Shown here piece by piece: positions 13,289 to 28,626 of a DNA stretch of 64,000 nucleotides (within the stretch, counting starts at the first letter, position 1; each line of letters starts with the position of its first letter). Below the pieces are notes generated by a model. The model was not told the DNA's origin. It saw only the letters and a list, made by a program, of their open reading frames with translations, and ran no database searches. The translations under genes were made by a program, and so were the position numbers. The DNA is from Macrostomum hystrix (lineage: Eukaryota; Animalia; Platyhelminthes), in NCBI GenBank assembly GCA_950097015.1, contig CATNEN010000007.1:744001-808000 (forward strand), written 5' to 3'.

Positions 13289-14675
13289 GTGACGGCTTCC
13301 TACTGGGCACAGATTGGTCCGAGATGCAGCAGCAGCGAAACGGGAACTGGCGAGAAACAGCGGAGCTTCGACAACTGCAGCAGCGCCACCGCCGCCGTAG
13401 CCTCAGTCGATTTTCGTATCGTCGTTGTCGCAGCCTTTGAAATCCTTGCCGACGCTCTGCCAACAGCGTCTAGCTGTTCACCTACGGAGATGACGACGGC
13501 TGTGGAGAGATTCTTAGAAAGCGTTGCAGGTGGAAACTTTCGGCGGAGTGACGGACTGCATGCAGGGACTGCGCTGGCGGCTGCCACGTGCGCTCAATCG
13601 CGAGATGCCATCGCTGGTGTCCGCTGGCCGACTGAGCTGGCCGCGGAGGCGGATGCTCTGAGGATGCGATTGCTGGATTTGGGACTCGACCGGACTGAGC
13701 TGGGACTCGTCTGTCTGGCACTGGCTGCCGGGAGACACGGTGAGTGCAGGTGGATAGACAGATGGATAGACAGGTTGGACAGACAGGTGGACAGACATGG
13801 ATAGACAGGTGGACAGACAGGTGGACAGACATGGATAGACAGGTGGACAGACAGATGGATAGACATACAGCTGGACAGACAGATGGATAGACAGGTGGAC
13901 AGACAGGTGGACAGACAGATGGATAGACAGGTGGACAGACAGGTGGACAGACAGATGGATAGACAGGTGGACAGACTGGTGGACAGACAGATGGATAGAC
14001 AGGAGGACAGACTGGTGGACAGACATACAGGTGAACAGACAGATGGTCAGACATACAGGTGGACAGACAGACTGGTGGACAGACAGATGGTCAGACATAC
14101 AGGTTGACTGAAAGCTGGACAGACAGACTGGTGGACAGACAGGTGGACAGACAGGTGGACAGACAGGAGGTGGTCAGACAGGTGGACAGAAACGTGGACA
14201 GACAGGTGGAAAGACAGGTGGACAGACAGACAGGTGGAAAGACAGGTGGACAGATAGGTGGACAGATATATAGGCTGATGGTGGACAGATAGATGGACAG
14301 GCAGGGGAACAGACTTGTGTAAAAACAGACTTGTGGACTAACACAAAAAAGAGGCATCATGAAGGTCTAGAGAAAACTTATTATTATAATTTCCTTTCAG
14401 ACGCAAACGATAGTCATTTGAGTCAGGAGCAGCAGCAGCAGCTTCAGTGTTTAATCAGCAAAGCTCTAAACTGCCTTGAGACATATCAATCAGGTATGTA
14501 ATTGCGTTAAAGACAGCCAATTAATATTCAGACAAGTTTTGATTAAAAATCTTAACGGACCAATCGTCCAATAATTGCAGAAAAGTACGGCTCACAATGC
14601 ACGGAAGCGACCCAATGGACCAAGGATTTGCTGAGACGTTTCCAAGAATTGAGCGCGAAATGTCCCAACAATTGA
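6309..14675 (+). CDS. 2DBD: Nuclear receptor with two tandem DNA-binding domains (2DBD-NR), ~708 aa, 6 coding exons
   Basis: Exons 6309-7380, 10400-10509, 10852-10999, 13131-13739, 14401-14493 and 14581-14675 all have GT-AG boundaries and consistent phase. DBD1 is [25 protein letters not shown]...[25 protein letters not shown]. An 18-aa linker follows, then DBD2 [25 protein letters not shown]...[25 protein letters not shown] and [15 protein letters not shown]. The P-box pair CEACKK/CEGCKG is that of Schistosoma 2DBD-NRs. LBD-like helices ([20 protein letters not shown]) are divergent. Confidence 0.9.
7400..7515. repeat. Short minisatellite, 16-bp unit GAGACTCGGGAGAGAT
   Basis: About 7 tandem copies just after the 7381 donor. 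Confidence 0.9.
7517..8057. repeat. Minisatellite, 17-bp unit ATCATGTCACTCTATCA
   Basis: Direct tandem periodicity in NR intron 1. Confidence 0.95.
8570..8900. repeat. AG-rich minisatellite, 42-bp unit
   Basis: AAGAAGCTAGATGGG recurs every 42 bp (8701, 8743...). Confidence 0.9.
10599..10812. mobile_element. Degenerate hAT-like MITE in NR intron 2
   Basis: Imperfect terminal inverted repeats CGGGGGATCGGAAAAC / GTTTTACCGACCCCTG, with subterminal GGCCCGCGGGCCG typical of hAT MITEs. No clear TSD. Confidence 0.55.
11010..11295. repeat. Minisatellite, 13-14-bp unit GGGATTTCT(G/C/T)GTG(T)
   Basis: Tandem periodicity starting ~10 bp after the 11000 donor. Confidence 0.9.
12945..13115 (-). mobile_element. 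tRNA-derived SINE fragment (CORE-like central region)
   Basis: The minus strand carries B-box GGTTCGATTCC followed by TTCAGTTCACCCAGCTGGGGTAATTGAGGGTGGGTGTGGCG, which is shared with the copies at ~33 kb and ~48.6 kb. Confidence 0.6.
13745..14300. repeat. Compound minisatellite, GACAGACAGGTG / GGATAGACAG units
   Basis: Tandem periodicity beginning right after the 13740 donor. Confidence 0.95.
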
Positions 14676-15239
14676 AATGGGAATTCCGCAGTCATTCTCG
14701 ATGCACTGAGTGACCGATCTAAATTAAAATAAGATCGTCATATCATCTTAAGATTTCAAGATCATCTTTAATTTTTAACAAAGCAGTCATGAATTTATGG
14801 CTATATTTTGAATTCATACTTGAGTTTTGTATGATAATTGCATGTGTTACATTGAGCGCCTTAATTTATTTTTTTTGTTATAGTCGTTCGTCATCTGCGC
14901 TTTTTGCTTGATTTTTGTTTTATCTGTTGTAATTTTAATTATAAAACTAGCTTGTTAAATTTAACGAAATCATTTTTACTTGTTTGTTTTTATAAATGAT
15001 ATTTTGCGTTTCAATTAGTGTACTATTATGTGTTGTCTGCCTAAATTTCTGTTGCAGCAGCTTTTGTCTAGTTTAAATATGTGCTCAGTAATATTTTATG
15101 TAAAAGTGCTTCTTTAAAAGACCCAATTCACTTTGTGACTGGCCGTGAAATTCATTTTTTCACATGTCAACTTGCACTGAGATTATCAAATGGACATCTC
15201 AATGCGCTTAAATCTCTCTTCAGTGAATGGCTCGCACCT

Positions 15240-16060
15240 TTTAGACAGTTATCTGATCCTGTTAGACAGTTATCCGATCCTGTTAGACAGTTATCTGATC
15301 CTGTTAGACAGTTATTCGATCCTGTTAGACAGTTATCTGATCCTGTTAGACAGTTATTCGATCATGTTCGACAGTTATTCGATCCTGTTAGACAGTTATC
15401 TGATCCTGTTAGACAGCTATCCGATCCTATTAGACAGTTTTCTGATCCTGTTAGACAGTTATTCGATCATGTTCGACAGTTATTCGATCCTGTTAGACAG
15501 TTATCTGATCCTGTTAGACAGTTATCTGATCCTGTTAGACAGTTATCCTATCCTGTTAGACAGTTTTCTGATCCTGTTAGACAGTTATTCGATCCTGTTC
15601 GACAGTTATTAGATCCTGTTAGACAGTTATCTGATCCTATTAGACAGTTATTCGATCCCGTTAGACAGTTATTCGATCCTGTTAGACAGTTACTCGATCC
15701 TGTTAGACAGTTATTCGATCCTGTTAGACAGTTAATCGATCCTGTTAGACAGTTATTCGATCCCGTTAGCCAGTTATTCGATCCTGGCTAGTTAGACAGT
15801 TATTCGATCCTGTTAGACAGTTACTAGATCCTGTTAGACAGTTATTCGATCCTGTTAGACAGTTATTCGATCCTATTAGACAGTTATTCGATCCTGTTAG
15901 ACAGTTAATCGATCCTGTTAGACAGTTATTCGATCCCGTTAGCCAGTTATTCGATCCTGGCTAGTTAGACAGTTATCTGATCCTGTTAGACAGTTATCTG
16001 ATCCTGTTAGACAGTTATGCGATCCTGTTAGACAGTTATACGATCCTGTTAGACAGTTTT
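15240..16060. repeat. Minisatellite, 21-bp unit GACAGTTATTCGATCCTGTTA
   Basis: Direct tandem periodicity; explains ORFs 15081-15791 and 15190-15612. Confidence 0.95.
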
Positions 16061-16604
16061 GTTTATATTTGAAGAAAAAACTTTTTGTCTTTGAAAGAAA
16101 TATTTGAATTTGCTTTTCCCCACTTCTCTTGGCTTCGAATTAACAAACTTAAGTTTAGTCAATCTGTTTTATTATTGAAAAGCAATTTAATAATTTATTT
16201 TTCTCTCATAGTAACGCGGGCTTTGATTTTTTCGTCCCCATTTGCTAGCAATTTTCTGACTTTGTTATTCTACTTTGCTTTCTGTCGCTCTTCTAAACGC
16301 GTATTTTGTCGCTTATACTGGGCTTAAAATTAGTGTGCAATTGTAAATAAATTGTACTTATTTGTTTTTCTTTGCTATATAAAGGGCTTGCTCTGAACGT
16401 GACATTGTTATGCGATGCGCTTTGTTCATAAATTCAATTTGGGATTTCAGACAGGGAGTTTGAATCAGCTCTAGAGAGACCTCAACGGCAGTCATAAATC
16501 ATAATAAATCAAAAGCTGACAGGTTTGATTTTTCCGGTTAGGAGAGCGCAGAACAAACTCAGAATGAGTCTGCTCAGATTGCCGCCCACACACACACACA
16601 CTGG

Positions 16605-16872
16605 TGACGTAAGACGTAAGGTTTATTTGAGATTAAATTGAGATTATTTCGCCACCCGCGGCTGTTAATATTAATAAAGTGTACACAATTGTTTTCATGC
16701 AACACGGTTTTCATGCCTCCACATCGATAATGAGGCCTGCAGATTCCTACAGAAAGATTAACACAACTCAGAAATATTTTTGGCCCCCAAGCGAAGTCAA
16801 TTCAAACAGTTTACATAATTGATGAGGCCAGCAAATTTGAGCACACAATCTCAGAGCTCTCTCTCTATAAAT
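16605..16872 (+). promoter_or_regulatory. Putative promoter of the neuropeptide gene (CRE-like TGACGTAA at 16605, TATAAAT at 16866)
   Basis: Motifs are seen directly, and the TATA lies ~105 bp upstream of the ATG. A polyA signal AATAAA follows the stop at 17731. Confidence 0.45.
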
Positions 16873-16970
16873 TCTCTCAAATTTCAGCCGTCCAGTCGCT
16901 AGAACAAAGTTTGAGAGCCTAAAAATTGAAAAGAACTAAAAAAATCGATAGTCGTCATTTGCAGGACAGG

Positions 16971-17668
16971 ATGCGCCCATTCTCTTCGAGTTTCAAGCTT
17001 CTAGTTCCTGTGCTGCTGCTGGCAGTCTGCTTGGCTGGCGTTGAAGCGGCTCCGACGTCAGCGGTGGAGCGACACGAGACTTCTGTGGCGGTGAGACAAT
17101 ATAATGTTTCATTCATTCTTTCAATCAAAGTTAAGTCTAGACGATAGATTTTCTCAGTCATTCATCCGAGACGTCACTCTGACCTTCCCGAACTTTAGGA
17201 ACGTCACTCCGACTTTACCAGACATTTGGAACTTCCCTTCGAGAACCTGAAAGTGCATTTACATCATTCCCTCAGAGAGTTCGACGCGATGTGCCGGAGA
17301 TACTTCTGCCCGACGTTCTACACGACGGTCGACGCAAGCGTGGCTCGAATCAGTCGGGCTGCTTGAAACTCAGCCAGGCCGCGCTAATCGACCTGCTTCA
17401 CTTTCTCAACCGACGCCGGCAAATCTCAGACGCTGACAACGCCGCCGCCGTCATAGGCAAACGATTCTTTGACAGCCTGGTTCGTCCGGTGCCCATCAAC
17501 AATGGCCGGAGGAAGCGCTTCCTAGATAGCCTGGTGCCCAGCGGTTCGATCTACAGCGGGCGCAGGAAGCGCTTCCTAGACAGCCTGGTGAAGCCCAACC
17601 GGCTGTTCAGCAAGCGCGCCGGCGAGGTCGACTATTTCTGGGACGGCGAGGTCTGGTGCCCAATCTGA
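16971..17668 (+). CDS. Neuropeptide prohormone (170 aa, 2 exons) with three FxDSLV 13-mer peptides
   Basis: Exon 16971-17090 encodes a signal peptide (MRPFSSSFKLLVPVLLLAVCLAGVEA). The intron is GT..AG, phase 0. Exon 17276-17668 has RVRR, GRRKR x3, RRR and KR cleavage sites flanking repeated peptides with amide-donor Gly. Confidence 0.9.
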
Positions 17669-18729
17669 GTGCCAGCAGCTCAGCCTATGGACAATGTTAG
17701 CAGCTGCTGTAACTCTGCTTTGGCAAACTAAATAAACGCATAAATGAACACACAAAGAGCCTAGGGTTGTTATGCGTGGCAGCTGGCAATCAGAACACCA
17801 TCAAATATAATTTATTTATTGATTTTAGTTTAAAGGAGATTAATACCTTGAAAACACAGACACATACACGCACAGACCTATCATTTTTTAGATAGCAGCA
17901 GCATTGGATTGCAAAGAATGTAAAGGCAAAAACTTCAACAATTTAACTGTTCAAATATATCAAGTTTTACTATATTATAGTGTTATTTGTAAACAAGACA
18001 CAAAGCAATAATTAGACAAAATAGTTTTGACTAGTAGACCAGTTCACAAGCCTACGCGAGAGTACAACAGAGTAAGTAAACTGATGCGGAATATAATCAA
18101 ATTTGGAATAATATATATGTGAAACAAAAACTGTTAAAAATTAAATACAGAAACAACAGAGGTGCGAACCTGGAACCAGAGTCATGGCAGGGAATGAAAG
18201 AAAAAATGATTTATCCTAAGGAATAACTTGATAATTAGACTGCACAGCTGACAATATGGAAAACTGAAACGAAACTAAGGATGATGAAAAAATAGTCAGA
18301 ACTGTTTTCCTCGACCAATTAAATGACACAAGGCTGGAAAATTAAATTTCGACTAGGCAAACGAATTTTTGGTCAATGTTTTTGTTTAGAATGACTTTCA
18401 AAAAAGAGAGAAGCATCTGTTATCATATTCGCAAACCGTTGAGGAAATGCAACAATGAGAGAAACGATCGGTGTCAAAGAGCTTTGAAATTAACTTCTAA
18501 TAAAAACAGCAAAAAGTATTATGTTTTCAATCTGCTACAAATGTTCAGAAACGCAAAATAAAAGAAGAAATTTATAAATCTTCAAACAAGCCTTTCAGGA
18601 CTTTTATAACGTTTAATAGTTTAAAAATGTCATGACCTGTCATGGCTTCATATTCCGTATCAATTAGTCAATCACAAGGACTTAATAACGCTGAATATAG
18701 TGTAAATCATGGTTAGTCTGACAGAATTG

Positions 18730-18915
18730 ACTGGAGAGTGAGTGTACGAGTACATTGGGGTAAGAGGGACAGACTTGACGGAGTGTACATTGGGGTAAGA
18801 GGGACAGACTTGACGGAGTGTACATTGGGGTAAGAGAGACAGAGTTGACCGGAGAGTAAGTGTACATTAGGGAAAGAGGGACATAGTTGACCGGAGAGTG
18901 TGTACATTGGAGTAA
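18730..18915. repeat. Short tandem repeat, ~35-bp unit (GTGTACATTGGGGTAAGAGGGACAGACTTGACGGA)
   Basis: About 4-5 imperfect copies. Confidence 0.8.
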
Positions 18916-19635
18916 GGGAAGAATTGTACATTCGAATAAGATAGGAAAAGTTAAGGTCTCGTGCTTTGGCTAATTTGTATTTTTAAATTGTCTAAGAAAG
19001 TGATATTACAATTATGGCAAATTAGCAAACATTTGTAACATACACAGTGAAATAAATGTTGCAATTACTTAATATGTTAAATAGGATACTGTACTACAGT
19101 AACAACAAATATTTGATGGGTGTGAATAAGTAACATACTTTTTTATCCTAAAGCATTTTTGTTATTAGTTTTTTTAATTTTGTGCACTCAATGTTGTTTT
19201 TAAGAGCACAACGCATCTGAAAACTAAAGTACGCTTGAACTCTGATTAAAATAGGATAAAATGTATGACAATTTTATGAGAAGATTAACGAGTGAAGCAG
19301 ATGAAACGACAGCCAGTATGGAATCCCGACAAACGTTTTGCACAGACAAAGACAAGAAAGATAATAGAGTTTAACTTTGCAATGTAAACCAAATTAGTTA
19401 GCCTACAAAATTTAAAGAATTAAAACTAATTTTAATTCTCCTAAATTCGTGAACTCCCAAATTTCAGTTCCGAAGTCTCAATGGATTTTCATCTTTCAGC
19501 CATTTTTATCTGTGTAGACTACAAAACAGTCCAATAAAGTACAACATACAGACAGCATGAGGTGGGAACAGTTTTACAGCAAAATCAGTTCCTAGAAAAA
19601 AGCAAAAGACGCAAATTAGAGTTCAGACTGACTTG

Positions 19636-24113
<4,478 letters not shown>

Positions 24114-25516
24114 GGTTAACCAGTTGCTTTTGCAAGTTAATTATGTTAAAAAAACTAAAAGAGTAGTTCTAGACTCTGAAAAATAGTTGGTAAAAAATTT
24201 AGTTACTTTTTTTTCAAAAAGAAAGATTGTTCATATATTTTTTGACTAATTGTATTGACTAAAAACTGGCATATTTGGCTCCATTTTAAATATAATCCTT
24301 AATAACTTTTCTATTTATATATGTATATAACCATTCAACAAAAAAGTTGAGAGAAAATAGACGAATGCATGTTGGTGATTGATTTTAATAGTCTATAAAA
24401 TCTAAAAATTATACTAGATCTGCTCATGTAACCTAGTCGTAGTTAATAAATTATTTTAAATATTTTTTTTAAAGCAATATATAAAAAAATCATAAATCAA
24501 AGAATTCAAAGTAGGCAGAAAAAATCTCACAAAAAGTAAGTCCTATATACAAAATATTACAGTGCTTGAAAAGCTTGTTAATATACTTCAAGTAAGTTAG
24601 GTACTTCCATTATGAAATTATACTTCAGAAAATAACTTTCTGAGTAAGTGAGTAGTCTTTTGTAACTAGAGAAAACAACAAAGCTAAAAATTTCGAATGG
24701 ACTTTTTTGAAACTACATAGGTAGCCCCAAACCCAATGTACTATTCACTATTGTAGCATTTGAGAACGGTACTTGGATTTATGTAAAATAACAACATACA
24801 GTGGTTTAGTCCATTTCTAGCAAATTCAAATATATATAATACCATAACGAAAGAATCATGTTTTTGGTGCTAAAAAGCAAATAAGACTGCATTCAGACTA
24901 CCATTTACTGCTTTTTCATTACAAAGCAAACGAAGTGGTGTGATAAAAAATAACATTCGTCAACAGAAGTTAAAAAGCGATAATTATGAAATTTAGAAAT
25001 TTGACAGTTAAATGCTCAGTTTAGATATCAGTAGTTTTTTTTAACATTTTTGAACAAGTTTTGCTATTTTGTCTCGATGAACTGCTTAGGACAGTAAAAA
25101 TTACACACGTAATTTTGTTTTAGTATTAACCTTTCTAACCAGCCTAAACCAGGTCTTTTTAACCAGGTCTTTCGAGGCAAATTGGTACTTGATTATGAGA
25201 TTATATGTTTCACAGTGTTGTTTGCGATAATTTTCGATTAAAGTGCTTTTGCCTTAAGTATCTTTATATTTAAAAGAAACTAGCTTTTTTTGCCCGTTGT
25301 TTTTGGGGCAGAAATTGAAAGCAAAGCAGTAAGCAATTCACGTCTCTGTATTAACTTTATAGTGAAGGTCACCATTTATTTATTTACTGCATTAATGAAA
25401 AGTGAAGAGTTTGTTTAAGGGCGTTTTAAGTAAAAAATAAGTGAAAAGTTTGTCCAAACAGCCCCCTCTTGATTACTTCTTTAGAAACATGTCTCTTAGC
25501 CACTCCTCTATACAGT

Positions 25517-25790
25517 CAGTGGCAGATCCAGGAATTTTGTTTTGGGGCGATCTGTCAGGGGAGCGCCATGAGAATCACAGAGGGGGTGCCAGCAGCCGAA
25601 AAAGGGCGCCAGGAGCCAAGAAAGGGCGCCAGCGGCTGAAAAACGGGAGCCAGCGGCTGAAAAAGGGGCGCCAGCGGCCGAAAAGGGGTGCCAGTGCTGC
25701 GACTGGCGCCCCTGGTGGGGGCATCTTATTCCCATGATTAAAATTTTGGGGGGGGCGACTGCCCCCCGCCCCCCCCTAAATCTGCCTCTG
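25517..25790. mobile_element. hAT-type MITE, 274 bp, 8-bp TSD TATACAGT
   Basis: Imperfect 15-bp TIRs CAGTGGCAGATCCAG / CTAAATCTGCCTCTG; an identical TATACAGT flanks both sides (25509-25516, 25791-25798). Confidence 0.85.
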
Positions 25791-25942
25791 TATACAGTAT
25801 GCATGTACACGCGTATACATAAGGAAAATAGCCATGGCATAACAATAACAATGTCAAAGAAACAAAATTAAACTGTTTCAGAGTTCAGAGTTAGACAGGT
25901 CAAGGTCAATTCGTGACTACTTTTCTATTAATTGCTTGCGAG

Positions 25943-26560
25943 TCACCTCAAGGCCTGGGGATACACCACATTCTTCGTTCTTCCCCTTGGTGCGAAAATG
26001 AATAGGCCAGCTGGAGTTCCAACACGGGAGCAGGCGACATAAAGCTGCCCATGCGAGAAGCAAGGAGTCTCCAGGTTGATGCCAGCCACCTTCAGCGACT
26101 GTCCCTGAGCCTTGTTAATAGTCATCGCAAAGCACACTCTCACAGGGAACTGCAGTCGCTTGAACTGAAATGGCAGGTCCGTGGGGATAATTGGAATCCG
26201 GGGAACGAACACAGACTCTCCTCTGCCAGATCCAGTCATTATCGTGGCCTCAATCACGTGTGGGAAGAGCCGCCTGACTATCAGTCTGGTGCCGTTACAC
26301 AGCCTTGGCGCATTCAGGTTGCGGAGGAGCATAATTGGTGCCCCAACTTTCAGCTGCAAGTTGTGCGATGGAGTTCCAGGAGGATCTAGAGAGTTCAGAA
26401 ACTCAACAGGATACTCCACAGCGGTGTCATCAGTCAACGTTGTATCAATTGACTTGTAGGTGAAAACTGCACCTGGCAACTCCTGAAGCAGTTGGTAGTT
26501 AATTTCGTTGGCGGCATCATTTCTAGGACACAGAATTGCCCTCTCTGACAGCCAGTCAAC
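25943..26560 (-). pseudogene. Helitron RepHel PIF1-like helicase, C-terminal ~200 aa fragment
   Basis: WLSERAILCPRN, LKVGAPIMLLRNLNAPRLCNGTRL, RLQFPVRVCFAMTINKAQGQSL and FSHGQLYVACSRV are present; there is no Rep domain or true start. Confidence 0.9.
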
Positions 26561-28626
26561 GCCAGCCTTTCTCTTTCTTCTATCCCAGGCTGGCTGGAGA
26601 GAAATATCGACCGGAGAGCCCTGCGCACTGGGACGCCACCGCACTCACCGCACTCAGTCTCAGTGCTGCTTGGGGGCCAGTAGACAGTCTAGGGGTTTGG
26701 GCTGTGTACATTCACGGCTTGAAATACAATGTACAGTCTGGGGCTTCGGCGCCCGGGGAAGGGAGGGGGTGGCTGTAATAAAATTTGGCCCGCAGAGTGG
26801 CGGAGGGGAGTTGGGGTGGCTGTCCTCGGAAAACAAAAAGTGACTCACTTTGAGATGATGCAGCTTTGCTCTGGATTGAGTAGAGATGTTCAAAATTGAC
26901 AGCATTGTTGGAAAACATGTAAAGTGTAAGTGGATCAAATTTGGAGAAAATCTGACAAAGTGGGGCGACGATATGTCGAATTGAGTGATTTTTTGACGAT
27001 TTTTGAGCAGTTTTTTGCACTTTTGAGCAGGAAGGAAATGATTTTTCAGGAATTTGAGTAGCCTATTGCACTCAGCGTAGGTGGTTTTAGGTATGTGCAA
27101 AGTTTGGTGCGATTTGGTTGAGCGGTTTCGGCGTCTATAAAGACAAAAGGTTGCACACAGACAGACAGACAGACAGAGTTTTCACTTTTATATATATAGA
27201 TTATAACGCAAAAAACATCAGTTTTTTCTTACATTTCTCAATTGTATTAAAAGAAACTATAAAGACCATAAAGATTCACCGAGAAGATTCTACGACTGCC
27301 CGACGAGGCTGACGTTCTACACCATCCGCGACCTCTGGGCCCATCCAACCGACGTCATCCGGTTCATTGAACCGCTCTTCCCTTGTGCCGGGACTGGCAC
27401 TGGCCCGCCTTACTAAGGGCTACCACACACACGCACGATTTGTCGCATTCGCATGAAGAGGCATCGTTTGCAAGGAGTAAGATTTAGACAGCAAAATGCT
27501 AGCACTTCATTGCTAGATAAAATACATGCAGGTACCAACGCTTCTCTGCAAGACGCCATGGTCGTTGTAATTTATAACTGGTCGTACCCAGCGTAAAATG
27601 CAACAGCTGAGTTTATAATAAACTCTGAGCATGCGATTATAAAAGGGTACTAGCCCAAAGAAGCCACGTCAATTTCTCCTACAGGGATGGTTATTGACCA
27701 GATCCCTAGCTGTCACGTGCAGCTAACAAATAATGAAAAAGCTACGGCAGTTCATAACAAGAACACAGTTCAACATTGACAAACGCATTTATTTGAACGG
27801 TTCAACGCTGAAGGGTGCATGGTTTGGATTGATTTTTTTTCACGATTTTGACTGTCGCATTAATGATCAACAAATAATATTAGTCGAGAGCCAAACATTT
27901 ATAGGTCGTCTTAAAAATATTGTATCAAAAATGTAATATCAATATGCATTCGGTATTGGATCTGTAAAGCGATCGAAAGCAGCACAATGTGTTGCTTTGA
28001 GAAGCTTAGGAAATGTGAGCGTGTGAGCCGCAGTCAATCACAGATAATAACTTACAATATGGCCTTACTACTTATATAACTGAACGGAAGTAGAATAAGG
28101 CGCGAAGCTACAAAAATGAAGCAATGATGTGCAGTGAGAGAGGGAGTGAAGAGGTGAGAGCAACCATCAGAGCCGATTTAAATAGTTAACATGCAAATTT
28201 GAAATAGCTCAATAAGATATCAACAATTGATAACGTTTGGGTATAAAACTAGTCATTGTGGAGGTAAAGTTTAAAGATTAAAAAACTTGACTGAAACACC
28301 GAGTTTGCTCGCCAACTGTACATGAGGGGGTATTTGGCGTACAGAATCACAGATTAGGACAGCACACACTATAGTTAATGACATATTTCATCAGATCTTA
28401 AAATTATTTTTAGATCGAATATTGATGCAATGGTGACTGCCTCCTCTTATTAAATGCCTTGTAATAATCGATTTGAATGCCGTCTATAAAAGTGTTATAA
28501 TCTGCAATATGGATAAAATCAGTATCGCCAGTTACTACTCCACAAATCAATTGATTAATTTGAAGCGAATCTACCAACATAAATATGGCAGTCAAAAGGC
28601 GCAGCATACTACTGATCGTTAGCAGC

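Larger units (their letters stand above)
25280..27200 (-). mobile_element. Non-autonomous Helitron (internally deleted)
   Basis: The minus-strand 5' end is A|TCTATATATATAAAA followed by (GTCT)n. The interior carries a PIF1-helicase C-terminal fragment. The candidate 3' end is a TGCCC...GGGCA hairpin then CTAG|T at 25283-25279; this end is less certain than the 5' end. Confidence 0.75.

Noticed and set aside
27270-27720. Possible LINE ORF2 3' end (FYDCP...IRDLWAHPTDVIRF) and 3' UTR
   Set aside because: Weak pattern resemblance only; no RT domain or polyA tail identified.
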